Part shown: positions 36,373 through 45,544 of the stretch, piece by piece | How positions within the stretch are numbered: the first letter of the stretch is position 1 | How the letters are laid out: every line of letters begins with the position of its first letter | IMG/VR virus record: IMGVR_UViG_3300031133_000417 | Location: 970 to 64,969 of that record | Source: a virus | Strand: one strand, 5' to 3' | DNA: 64,000 nt | The notes under the pieces: generated by a model | Databases searched by the model: none | Told to the model about the DNA's origin: nothing | What the model saw: only the letters and a program-made list of their open reading frames with translations | Translations under genes and position numbers: made by a program

Positions 36373-36853
36373 TAAATTCCGTTTTCAGTCTATTAATCAG
36401 TCCAGCATAAGAGTAATCCCAACCCTCAGGTATCTTATTGCCTTCTTCCTTATAAAAAGAAGCCTCACCACTATTCGCTATCTCGAAATTATAGTATTTA
36501 TCAGCCACGATAATTTCAATACATACGCCCCCCTCGGAAATAGGGAAGGTATTTGAGGGCACAATATTTTTGCTATTGAAGAATTCGTTCAGCGTCAAAA
36601 CAAACTTCTTAGCATCATGATTCATAGGCTCAAAACCTTTGTGCACTGCTTTATTTGCAATTGCTTCCATATCAATAGCGTCGTTTACAATAAATACCTT
36701 TGCCAAGATCGAACTATTGAATCCAAGAACCGGCTGCAAGCCAGTTGGTCCATAAGAAGACACGCAAACAATGTTATCTTTTTTTCTAGGCCTCAATAAT
36801 GACTGGTTTGCTGTTGTGGCATCTAAACCACTTAGAACTATTTCTGCTAACAT
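36365..36853 (-). CDS. Hypothetical protein (antitoxin-like position)
   Basis: Low-complexity N-terminus; P.S.GGVCIE...NFEI.NSG C-terminal domain; overlaps the downstream gene. Confidence 0.65.
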   Translation of the reverse strand: MLAEIVLSGLDATTANQSLLRPRKKDNIVCVSSYGPTGLQPVLGFNSSILAKVFIVNDAIDMEAIANKAVHKGFEPMNHDAKKFVLTLNEFFNSKNIVPSNTFPISEGGVCIEIIVADKYYNFEIANSGEASFYKEEGNKIPEGWDYSYAGLINRLKTEFNG

Positions 36854-36854
36854 A

Positions 36855-37181
36855 TTATTGGGTTTTATTATTAGATTCCACTTGAGATATTCTATCGCTC
36901 AGCCAAGCAACAATTGACTTTGCGGTTGCCAAGTCCAGCAATACTCCTGCAGGTGTTTCACGAACAATACCTAACTTAGCTTCTCTACCAATCTCGGTAA
37001 CCAAACCTTCGTCTGATACCTCATATGTAATTTCTTTGGGAATGACATTTCTTTCGATAAAGAACGACATACTAATTTGATTCGCACTTGTAACACCGCC
37101 AAAAATTCCAGTGATGTAATGTGTTTTAAAATCCGACGTTTTCACGAAGTGTGTTGTCAGCGTTTGGTTCTTTTTTTCCAT
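36855..37181 (-). CDS. DUF3467-like small protein
   Basis: Y.TG..GG....I.M.FF.ER ... V.LDL.TAK.I..WL...I pattern. Confidence 0.65.
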   Translation of the reverse strand: MEKKNQTLTTHFVKTSDFKTHYITGIFGGVTSANQISMSFFIERNVIPKEITYEVSDEGLVTEIGREAKLGIVRETPAGVLLDLATAKSIVAWLSDRISQVESNNKTQ

Positions 37182-37550
37182 TAATAAATCATTGGCTGAG
37201 CCATAAATATTGTTTAATAAAATAAGCCGTGACTTTACAGGCCCAGGCTTCCTTTATTTCCTAACATATACCAAAGATATACCAAATATGCCTGTGGCAA
37301 AATATCACAATGCCCCAGAATGAACTTACCCAATGACTAGGTGAGGAAAATAACGATGTTGTTATATAGCACAATAAATGTGGAAAAAAAGCCCACTATT
37401 ACGCTCCATATGGTTCATTCACCCATAGCATGGACGTGCACCGCATTTGTGAATAAAATGCGCCATAAGCTCTTAAATGAAGCGACAAAGACCCATGGCT
37501 CTCAATATATATTTTATATCATGACATTTCCATGACACTAAGAGGCGACA

Positions 37551-37569
37551 TTATCCACACTGTGGACAA
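37551..37569. promoter_or_regulatory. Pair of DnaA-box-like 9-mers
   Basis: TTATCCACA (37551) and TGTGGACAA (37561), inverted, 1 nt apart. Confidence 0.4.
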
Positions 37570-37900
37570 CTATTCCTTTGCAAAGCAATAAAAACCACTC
37601 TTAATTGTCGCCCCGGATTGGTCAATAATAGCGACATCACGATAAATTAGGTGTAGAGATAATTCCCCGTCTTATAGAAATACAGCAATTCCCTTCTGCC
37701 TGACTGATTTGTTCCAGGATACAATCTCCACGTTAACGCTTTTACCTGAGGCAGACATCCAATAATCGCTACGGTTCGCGAACTCAACATAAAACTTCTT
37801 ACCGTCTAGTTCCAGAGTGAGCTCAGGGTACGGCTGCTTATACTTGCAGTCCAACAGCTCGGGTCGACATTCCTTTTCTGCGTATGATATGATCCAGACT

Positions 37901-39451
37901 TTATTCAATGACTTTTTGCTTGAGTAATTTTTGAAGGGCCAATTGTAAATAGTGATAAGGGTCTGGTTTTGATTGACTATGCACATTGGTGACATCTACA
38001 ACACCTGGATGAAATACCCCTAAGCATTTTGGTAGGTCGACTCGATCGAACTTGAGAGCCAGATCAACTACATCTTCATTTTTATTTTTAACTGAGGCTC
38101 TTTTTATACCCGTTTCTATATGGTCACTAAATTCCTCATCCTTGAGCAAGAAAATAGCTGCATATCCAATTAATATATTGATTATAGTGTGTTCAATTGA
38201 TCCAACTGCTTCATTTCTGTTGTCTTCAACAAATTTGGAACTAAGTTTTTTTAAGACCTCTAACAAATCAATATATGTAGGATAAAATTGTCTTAAAATA
38301 TGAAACAATACTAACAAAGGAAAATCATATGATTTATAAGTTCTACCATTTGCATAGCTAAATTCAAAAACAGGAACGGAATAGCCTCTGAATTTTCTGA
38401 AATTTCTCATTTTCAATAGATTCTCATTGATTAACTCTGAAACAATATAAAGCAACACCTCGGCAAAATTTGATCTCGTTACATGGATTGAATACCTTTG
38501 ATAAATGTAGTGTGGAGCTTGACATGATTCAAAATACATCCCAAAAGCATCAACATTCTCTGTAAATAATAGATGAGACTGCTGCTTTAAATATTTTTTA
38601 AAATTAAATTCAAAAATATTATTTGAGTAGAACTTATCAATATATCCTGTAAAATCAACATTATAACCAAATTTATGGTGAAACATGTGCCGAACATTTT
38701 CTATATCACAAACGAAAATTATCCTGTCGAAATCAAATTTATTTTCCTCGGTTCGGCTATCATAATGCGCTGTAAACACATTAAAAAGCCTAAAAGCATG
38801 TTCAGGGTCAAGTCTATCAAGGTCATCTATAACTAAAACTATTTGTTTAATTTCTTCGATGTTCTTAATGCGTAAAATAAAGTCTTTTATCAATACCGTT
38901 ATTTCATCAGCTTCTCTTATTGAGCCCTTTTTAAGTTTGTGAGCTGCAAGATATTTCTTTACAATTTCAGTTTCATCCATGTGCATCTCCTTTGCAAATG
39001 TATCAAAGTCCGCCTTCATATCTTCAACCTGCTCCGCTACTTCCACTCCAGGAATAATAGAGGTAAATAGCTTGAGGAGGGGAAGAATCTTCAACTTATC
39101 TTTTGCATATACCTGTGCTAACAAAAGGTTATCAAAATCTTCTTGCTTCAAGTTAATTTCCTTTTCAAAATTTGACGTTAATTCATAAAGAATATCATAC
39201 TTAATAATTTCTAATATATCCTCATTGCTTGAGACAGAATAGTCCACAGGATTAATTGTAATACGCTTAATTGACGAATGGACGGAAAAAAACTCCTCCA
39301 AAAAAGTACTCTTTCCTGCGCCAAATGGCGCCGAAAACATAATACGCTTATTGGTAGCATCAGCTATGTGAAAGGCAAAGCTTTCAATCATCTCAAGGGT
39401 TGGAACTTTTGTTTTGGGTGTATTAACTGACATAATCGCGTTGTAATTCAC
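37901..39451 (-). CDS. KAP-family P-loop NTPase
   Basis: APFGAGKST Walker A, LVIDDLDRLDP Walker B, GYIDKFY motif. Confidence 0.85.
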   Translation of the reverse strand: MNYNAIMSVNTPKTKVPTLEMIESFAFHIADATNKRIMFSAPFGAGKSTFLEEFFSVHSSIKRITINPVDYSVSSNEDILEIIKYDILYELTSNFEKEINLKQEDFDNLLLAQVYAKDKLKILPLLKLFTSIIPGVEVAEQVEDMKADFDTFAKEMHMDETEIVKKYLAAHKLKKGSIREADEITVLIKDFILRIKNIEEIKQIVLVIDDLDRLDPEHAFRLFNVFTAHYDSRTEENKFDFDRIIFVCDIENVRHMFHHKFGYNVDFTGYIDKFYSNNIFEFNFKKYLKQQSHLLFTENVDAFGMYFESCQAPHYIYQRYSIHVTRSNFAEVLLYIVSELINENLLKMRNFRKFRGYSVPVFEFSYANGRTYKSYDFPLLVLFHILRQFYPTYIDLLEVLKKLSSKFVEDNRNEAVGSIEHTIINILIGYAAIFLLKDEEFSDHIETGIKRASVKNKNEDVVDLALKFDRVDLPKCLGVFHPGVVDVTNVHSQSKPDPYHYLQLALQKLLKQKVIE

Positions 39452-39458
39452 AATATAC

Positions 39459-39967
39459 TTATTCCTTATGATTGTAAATGTATTGTTTGTCGTAAATGCT
39501 TTCTATGTGACCCTTTATGTGCAGCCGGCGGAGTGCTGAGAACATAAACCCATGCTCAGACAGGATGTTTCGGTTCTGAAACCCGTCTGACCATATATTA
39601 CCCTCATTGGATACGCAATATGGGTTAACAACACATTTTGCTTTGCCAGTAACAGATACGTATATCAGGCCCCAGTTGTCTGGTAAGTCTTCGGGCTTGA
39701 TCAGTCCAGATGGGCACATGTAAAATCTGTACCGGCCCATTCCTCGCTCTGGATACTTGCGGAAGATCTTTTTTTTATCACATAAGAAATCAGATCTGCT
39801 GACCTTAACTTCAATCAGCACAGACCGCCCAAAGCCACCGAAGCCAATACATCAGGGTATTCACCATTGCTGGCATGGGTATTCAGCTCTTTGAAAGCTA
39901 CACCGCAGCTGCCGCGTTTCAGCACCCATTTGTAAGCAATGGGAATTAAATCTTTGTGTGTAAACAT
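39459..39967 (-). pseudogene. PD-(D/E)xK nuclease (MmcB-like) gene with a 1-nt frameshift
   Basis: MFTHKDL...GEYPDV in one frame continues as IGFGGFGRSVLIEVKVSRSDF in another; break near 39850. Confidence 0.7.
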
Positions 39968-40002
39968 ATTTACTATATTGTATAGAAATTAACAATTTAA
40001 TT

Positions 40003-40203
40003 ATGGCTCTAAAATCTAAATGTCCAAGATGTCAAAACACTTCATTTGAAATAGTGACGGAAACCCCTAAAGGATCAGCCTTTAAAATGCTTTTCACCAG
40101 GTGCGCTTCATGTCAGACGGTGGTCGGTGTAAATGAATACTATAACACAGGCGCACTCCTTGAAACTTTAGCCAAGAAACTTAATATAGACCTCTTTCGT
40201 TAA
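40003..40203 (+). CDS. Small zinc-ribbon protein
   Basis: CPRC and CASC pairs; opposite strand to neighbours. Confidence 0.7.
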   Translation: MALKSKCPRCQNTSFEIVTETPKGSAFKMLFTRCASCQTVVGVNEYYNTGALLETLAKKLNIDLFR

Positions 40204-40247
40204 GGCTTCACCTTGGGACATGTCCTGCGACATGTCCCATTTATGTC

Positions 40248-41096
40248 CTACAACTCTGCCTCTATTGTTTCATTAACCTTCGCCGCAGCTGGTAGATCGA
40301 TCGGGTAATTTGCAGTCAGCACCTCAACCTTCCGCTTCTGGTACCCGCTTTTACTATTCACCGATACATTCTGCTCTACGCTCCAGGTAAACCATCCGTT
40401 TGATTTAGAGTACTGCTTCAGCAATGGTGAAGGATAAGAGCTCATCAGGAATTTACCTTTTAACTCAGACAGTGTGATCAGCAGGTTTTCAAAGTCCTGC
40501 TGGCTGTATCCGTCATAATGACCACAGTCACTATTAAAATACGGCGGATCCAGATAGAAGAATGATGCTTCCCGATCGCGGCCCTTAATTATGTATAGCG
40601 CATCAGCCGACTCAATCTGCACATTCTGCAGCCTGATTGCCATATCCTCAGTAAACCGATCACGATTATTGATGATCTTTTTCGTGGTAGTGTTCTTGCT
40701 TATATCATACCCCCAGCTGCTGTCGAGCTGCGCACTGAAACTTTGGGAACTCAACACCCACACCGCCCAGGCTCTGCGTATCTCACTGAACATATCTGGG
40801 TGATTGTAGATCACCGACGCTTTACGATGCAGATCTCTGCTGTGCAGGCTAATCCTGATCTCCTTCTCCAATCCTACAAACTCGTTTTGGACCATCTTGT
40901 AAAAGTTAATAAGCTCTTTGTTGGTATCATTCAGCACCTCAATCTCTGAGGGTTGTTTAGCGAAGAACACAGCAGCACCGCCAATGAATGGCTCGCAATA
41001 CAGCGTGTGTTCAGGGATTAACGAAATGATCTTGTTAGCAAGTTTCTGTTTGCCACCATAGTAGCTAATTGGTGTTTTTAAATTCTGTTTTGACAT
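40248..41096 (-). CDS. Dam-like N6-adenine DNA methyltransferase
   Basis: SYYGGKQKL, EPFIGGAAV (motif I), DPPY (motif IV); likely start MSKQ at 41096. Confidence 0.93.
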   Translation of the reverse strand: MSKQNLKTPISYYGGKQKLANKIISLIPEHTLYCEPFIGGAAVFFAKQPSEIEVLNDTNKELINFYKMVQNEFVGLEKEIRISLHSRDLHRKASVIYNHPDMFSEIRRAWAVWVLSSQSFSAQLDSSWGYDISKNTTTKKIINNRDRFTEDMAIRLQNVQIESADALYIIKGRDREASFFYLDPPYFNSDCGHYDGYSQQDFENLLITLSELKGKFLMSSYPSPLLKQYSKSNGWFTWSVEQNVSVNSKSGYQKRKVEVLTANYPIDLPAAAKVNETIEAEL

Positions 41097-41101
41097 ATTA
41101 T

Positions 41102-41216
41102 TTTTCTTAGTTTTGTTATTCTCACGACTTCTTAATGCATACAATGCGGCCGATGCTATACGCATCCAGCATGCATTTGTATGCAAACTTTACGAGGTCG
41201 TGAGAAACTAAGAAAG
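41102..41216 (-). promoter_or_regulatory. Long nested leader hairpin upstream of the methyltransferase
   Basis: Four nested stems of 11, 9, about 12 and 5 bp, ending 5 nt before the ATG. Confidence 0.65.
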
Positions 41217-41238
41217 GGGCTGGGTGCGTTATTTTATC

Positions 41239-41334
41239 TTAAGGTGGCTTATTGCAAATCGGGCATCTTACCCAGGCTCTCACATCGAACTCCCTCCCAC
41301 AGCAGGTCGCCCACATCTCATGGTTATAAACCAT
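41239..41334 (-). CDS. 31-aa Cys-rich micro-ORF (MVYNHEMWATCC...CPICNKPP)
   Basis: CC and CPIC; overlaps the end of the resolvase gene. Confidence 0.35.
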   Translation of the reverse strand: MVYNHEMWATCCGREFDVRAWVRCPICNKPP

Positions 41335-41806
41335 ACACAAGCATTGCTGCGTCCCTGCCGTGATTGTTCGTTCTGCCAGCCCATCCGGTGATGATCTTAA
41401 ACTTCTTCGCATCTACTTTGGTCTTAATCTGGGCAGGCGCAACCAGATCAAAGCTGATGCCCTCCTGCTGCAAGAACATTTCCCACTGCCGGCACTGAAT
41501 CTTAATAGCACCGGCACCCTGAATCTTTGCATTTGAATTAGGGCCGTAACGTTTGCGTTTTCTGGCATCCTCGACACGAACAAATAATTTGATACCATCT
41601 TGATTCATCCGCTTCACAAGCTCAAAAGCCTGGTGCACTTGAACAGTCATCACCGCAGTAAGCTTCTTGCCCTGCTTATCATAAAGGGCTAAACCCGTAT
41701 TGATCCCGGGGTCAATTCCTACCACGTATACAATCTGCGGCACCGGAACACTCACGATAACGTGCAAACCCTTTTCCTTCTCACTTTTTAAATCGTTCAC
41801 CTTCAT
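41324..41806 (-). CDS. RuvC-like Holliday junction resolvase
   Basis: VVGIDPG, VRVED, NHGRDAAML motifs. Confidence 0.8.
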   Translation of the reverse strand: MKVNDLKSEKEKGLHVIVSVPVPQIVYVVGIDPGINTGLALYDKQGKKLTAVMTVQVHQAFELVKRMNQDGIKLFVRVEDARKRKRYGPNSNAKIQGAGAIKIQCRQWEMFLQQEGISFDLVAPAQIKTKVDAKKFKIITGWAGRTNNHGRDAAMLVYGL

Positions 41807-41820
41807 GATGTTTGCTTTAT

Positions 41821-42669
41821 TTAAAATTCCTCATTTACGGCCTGATCGATCGTTGTACCGAATTGCTTCAGGTCTTCAAACCATTCTATTAGCCCCAGCG
41901 CCATGGCACGATTTATCACTTGCGGATCTTCCATCTCATTCTGGAGCAATACGTCGAATGCAGCAGACATTCTCCTGCGCTCATCCTTGTTGATGGCTCT
42001 TTTTGGATCGGCTTCTTTTTTGATCTGGACCAGGGCTTTTGCCTTTAGTGCATTCCTGCGGCTCTCATCAAAATTTATTATTCTGGACCGGCGAAGAACT
42101 TTGAAGACGAAGGTGGCTTCTGCAGGTTGAATGATTATGCCGGTAAGAAAATTTGAGTACAACACACGCAACCTGACTACGAAGTTTTCCCATTGCTGCT
42201 CAGGAGTAGGCTCTGGCTTCGGTAATTTACCTTGCTCTTCGATGTTTAACTGAATTACCTTTGCATCTTTTCTGTTTTCGCTTTCCAGATAGGCCCTTAT
42301 CCATCCCGTAACGCTTTTAGGTGCTATTCCCATAAAGTTTCCATATTGGCCGTCGGATCCTCTTTTGATCGCAATTGACACCTCGTCAATGGAAACAGCC
42401 TGGTATATCTTTTCACTGTTCAGAAAATCTGTGAGGTATATTTGAAGCTTTAAAAATTCTTCAACACCCGGGGCTTTATATCCTGTGTGGTAATATGCTT
42501 TGGTAAGTGCGTCTTTTAGCTTGTTCCCAATCTCATATGGAGCTATGGCTAATATTTTAGGGCTTTTGAATGCTTCTATCAATTCCATGCATTCAATTGA
42601 TGGTGATGAGATAATCTCTCCGGCAACTGATACCGATTGCGTATAGCCGCTTAATTGAACTTCTTTCAT
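41821..42669 (-). CDS. Replication-associated protein (helicase-loader-like position)
   Basis: Follows the initiator gene; EV..AIKRG..G.YG.F motif. Confidence 0.6.
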   Translation of the reverse strand: MKEVQLSGYTQSVSVAGEIISSPSIECMELIEAFKSPKILAIAPYEIGNKLKDALTKAYYHTGYKAPGVEEFLKLQIYLTDFLNSEKIYQAVSIDEVSIAIKRGSDGQYGNFMGIAPKSVTGWIRAYLESENRKDAKVIQLNIEEQGKLPKPEPTPEQQWENFVVRLRVLYSNFLTGIIIQPAEATFVFKVLRRSRIINFDESRRNALKAKALVQIKKEADPKRAINKDERRRMSAAFDVLLQNEMEDPQVINRAMALGLIEWFEDLKQFGTTIDQAVNEEF

Positions 42670-43550
42670 GATTCCGAATTTTGTTTGTTAATGTGGGCCA
42701 GCTTCTGTTGCTCCCAATAATCTGTACTTGCATCGTGCAGATCCAGTACTGCCTCAGCTTTACCTTTTTCTTTTTGCCCGGAACCTTTTTCTTTTTGGAC
42801 CTGGGTCCGTATCCAGTTGTAGCAATGACTGCGGGCATCGTTCAATTCTCTCTTATCCTGCCCTGCTGCCCTTTGCTCATCGAAAAATTCTTCAACCCAT
42901 TTTTTTGCTTCAACCAAATTTCTTAAACCGAGTTTCCTACTCATGTGTTCCTGCCAAACCGTGCTTTGATTTAGGCAGATAAATTCGACGTCATCCATGG
43001 AAGAATAAACCGAAGAGTTCCCGATCGGGATAGGTGTTTTTTGTTGGCGACTTTCCTCTTCTTTCTCCTCTACCTCTCCTTTTTTTGCATTAAACATGCT
43101 TTCCTCTATATCGTTAGATATGTAGTGGTTCTCTGTGGACCCCTTTATTTGTGTGTTTTCAGTATAAAGGGGTTCTGTGTGACCCTCTTTATGAACCCCT
43201 TTTGTACTATTAAGGGGTTCACTGTGACATCCTTTTTTAAGAGAAAGAGGTTCTGTGTGAACCCCTTTGCCAGGACTCTTTAAAAGATAGACAGTGTTAT
43301 TTCTTCTGCCATCACCAGGATCATAACTTATTAATTCTGCTTTCTCCAAGAGCAATCGGGACCTCTTAACTGAACTTACACTGACCCCGGCTTCTGCTGC
43401 CAGTTCTTCCCTGCTCATATTAAAAGGGTTTTTTCTATGAAGATCATTCCACTTATACAGCAGAGCGAAATAAACAGCTTTCTCATTCGGTGTAAATGAA
43501 AACTCTTTATTTATCTTCCAGAAGTGGTTTAAAAGGTCAATGTAGTTCAT
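42666..43550 (-). CDS. Replication initiator (lambda O-like, N-terminal HTH)
   Basis: wHTH-like N-terminus and internal iterons. Confidence 0.8.
   Translation of the reverse strand: MNYIDLLNHFWKINKEFSFTPNEKAVYFALLYKWNDLHRKNPFNMSREELAAEAGVSVSSVKRSRLLLEKAELISYDPGDGRRNNTVYLLKSPGKGVHTEPLSLKKGCHSEPLNSTKGVHKEGHTEPLYTENTQIKGSTENHYISNDIEESMFNAKKGEVEEKEEESRQQKTPIPIGNSSVYSSMDDVEFICLNQSTVWQEHMSRKLGLRNLVEAKKWVEEFFDEQRAAGQDKRELNDARSHCYNWIRTQVQKEKGSGQKEKGKAEAVLDLHDASTDYWEQQKLAHINKQNSES
43127..43268. repeat. Four iteron-like repeats (probable phage origin)
   Basis: GGTTCTCTGTGGACCCCTTT, GGTTCTGTGTGACCCTCTTT, GGTTCACTGTGACATCCTTT, GGTTCTGTGTGAACCCCTTT, spaced about 35-45 nt apart. Confidence 0.75.
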
Positions 43551-43580
43551 AGAATGTAGACAGCTAAAATACTAAAATTA

Positions 43581-43606
43581 ATTACACTCAATTACCAAAC
43601 GGTAAT
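43581..43606. promoter_or_regulatory. ATTACA-N4-ATTACC-N4-GGTAAT site
   Basis: Upstream of the replication initiator gene. Confidence 0.65.
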
Positions 43607-43609
43607 GTT

Positions 43610-43849
43610 TTATTTTACACCGAAGTAATCCTCGTAGCTTGGCTTTAAATCGTGTGTGTTGCAATTAAACTGGATTCCATGGTTATCTCTTACTTTCGAG
43701 TTACCTGTTCCGTTGTGCAGCCTTACAATCGTCACTTCTTCTGTCATTGCTCTTAGGGTTGCTTCTACTCTTGATTTATGAGCAGAGGATCCCGTTAATT
43801 TCATTGTGCTGCTACCGGGTACAAGTATTGCTTTTTCTCCGTCTTTCAT
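43610..43849 (-). CDS. Hypothetical protein
   Basis: 79-aa ORF within the operon. Confidence 0.6.
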   Translation of the reverse strand: MKDGEKAILVPGSSTMKLTGSSAHKSRVEATLRAMTEEVTIVRLHNGTGNSKVRDNHGIQFNCNTHDLKPSYEDYFGVK

Positions 43850-43850
43850 A

Positions 43851-45167
43851 TTATGCTGCTTCCTTTTGTTGTTTATTATGCTTTTTTCTTTTGCTTATCT
43901 GTCGAAAATTTGATTTCATCAGCCTGATAATTTGATCATGATAATCTGAAGGTTTATTGTGTAATCCCCTGGATTGAACGAGTGTCATCTTGCTGATAGA
44001 AACTTCGACCGTCTCGACAGGGAGACCTGACACAGATGCAGAGAAGATCAAAGAATCTGGCTTAGTATAATACTTGTTTGTATATACACAGTGCTTATGA
44101 ACTTCACTTTCCGTAATGAATTCCTGAACGCTTTCCAAAACTTTAATAGTCAGATCACCATCAATGAATACCAAACCGAGGTAAGGCGACTTATTTTTTA
44201 AGTATTCAATACTCTCCTGCTCTGCAATCGCTTTACGTTTCTCAGCCTGTTGTATTGCTCTGGCTGCATCCTCAGCTCGCTGATCTTTTGCTCTTTTTTT
44301 TACCAGGCGATTGTGTTCCCGGTGAAAATTGGCTGGGCATACATACTTCGGGTTCCTGAGGTCTTTTCCATAATGACGTAGCAGATCTAGATAGTCCAAA
44401 TACGATGACGCATCTTTAACGATATATTTGTTCCGCATACAGATCTTTATTGAATCCCAGAATTTGTATACATCATGTTCTCTGCGGCCCTGCCTAACAG
44501 ATAGCAAATCGAATTGCCCTGCTTTTAGCAACGTTTCCATTTTACTATCCTGAAGAAGGGTTTTCATCATGGAATACAGATTTACATCCTGCACTTTGGC
44601 AGACATTCCATTACGTTTGTAAATCGGCAGAAATTCGGACTCAGGCAATATCTTCTCGATGAAAGTGTCGTATTTATTGGAATTATAATAGTTGGAGATG
44701 TTGGTCCGGATCTCCAAATCACCATTATATCCTCCTGTATAGTAAGCCATCATCCGAGCTATAATCGTTAGCTTTTCACCAGGCTTAAACCATTGCTGCA
44801 CTATTTCTTTATTATAATGATCAGCACTTTCTCCTATTTTGTGGTAGGATTTTATTTCGAATATTCTATTCACCTGGAATCCATCAGCAGTATCCGTCAA
44901 TGCAACTGTAGTGCTCTGCTCATATTTTCTTTTAAGGGTATCCTCAATTTTTAGCTTTTCACCACATTTTGGGCATATACAAGATTTCACTTTCATCTTT
45001 CCCAACCAAACATGACCGCAATCAAGGCATGCAGTCTTCTTTGTAGTCCGATAAGCTACATGGTTAAGAGCATTTTTATGGATCCACTCAATCTGTGATT
45101 TATATAATGGATGTAATTCTTGGCTCAGGCTGTGCACCTGAACCTGCAGTTTGGTTCTTGGTTGCAT
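43851..45167 (-). CDS. PcfJ-domain protein
   Basis: CLDCGH/CPKCG zinc finger; YLDYLDLL...KDL.NPK...P, HHCV-like (HKHCVY) and ETVEV..QSRG motifs. Confidence 0.88.
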   Translation of the reverse strand: MQPRTKLQVQVHSLSQELHPLYKSQIEWIHKNALNHVAYRTTKKTACLDCGHVWLGKMKVKSCICPKCGEKLKIEDTLKRKYEQSTTVALTDTADGFQVNRIFEIKSYHKIGESADHYNKEIVQQWFKPGEKLTIIARMMAYYTGGYNGDLEIRTNISNYYNSNKYDTFIEKILPESEFLPIYKRNGMSAKVQDVNLYSMMKTLLQDSKMETLLKAGQFDLLSVRQGRREHDVYKFWDSIKICMRNKYIVKDASSYLDYLDLLRHYGKDLRNPKYVCPANFHREHNRLVKKRAKDQRAEDAARAIQQAEKRKAIAEQESIEYLKNKSPYLGLVFIDGDLTIKVLESVQEFITESEVHKHCVYTNKYYTKPDSLIFSASVSGLPVETVEVSISKMTLVQSRGLHNKPSDYHDQIIRLMKSNFRQISKRKKHNKQQKEAA

Positions 45168-45172
45168 ATCAA

Positions 45173-45544
45173 TTAGAATAAAGAAGTTTGCTCTACCAGA
45201 ACTGGTGGAGATTTTTTGGTTACCTTTTTTACTGGCCTCACTACTTCTGGGATTGCGGCCGACTCCGTGAACGCTTCCGCTGTTCTATTAATCACAACTT
45301 TACCATTTACTTTTGATCCTACCTTGATATCATCTTCATCATAATAATGGATAGCCATACTATAGATTTCATCATCCGCAAAACCATTACATCCAGAAGC
45401 CTTTACTGCGTTTAGGATATACGTGATACAGTCATCTATATTTTTCCCCGGTTTAGCAAATGTTACTGCAAAGAGGGGATCTGCTACTGCAACAGTTTTT
45501 AAATGCTCATGAATTACTGTCTTAAAGGAAGGTGATGCTTTCAT
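45173..45544 (-). CDS. PcfK-like protein
   Basis: KNIDDCITYILN.VK.SGCNGFADDEIY.MAIHYYDED. Confidence 0.88.
   Translation of the reverse strand: MKASPSFKTVIHEHLKTVAVADPLFAVTFAKPGKNIDDCITYILNAVKASGCNGFADDEIYSMAIHYYDEDDIKVGSKVNGKVVINRTAEAFTESAAIPEVVRPVKKVTKKSPPVLVEQTSLF

Noticed and set aside
37672-37995. 107-aa ORF overlapping the KAP NTPase 3' end
   Set aside because: 95-nt overlap, weak start and no recognised motif. It may be a gene remnant but cannot be supported.
40214-40239. TGGGACATGTC-CTGC-GACATGTCCCA palindrome as a special site
   Set aside because: Single copy between convergent genes; most simply a bidirectional terminator.
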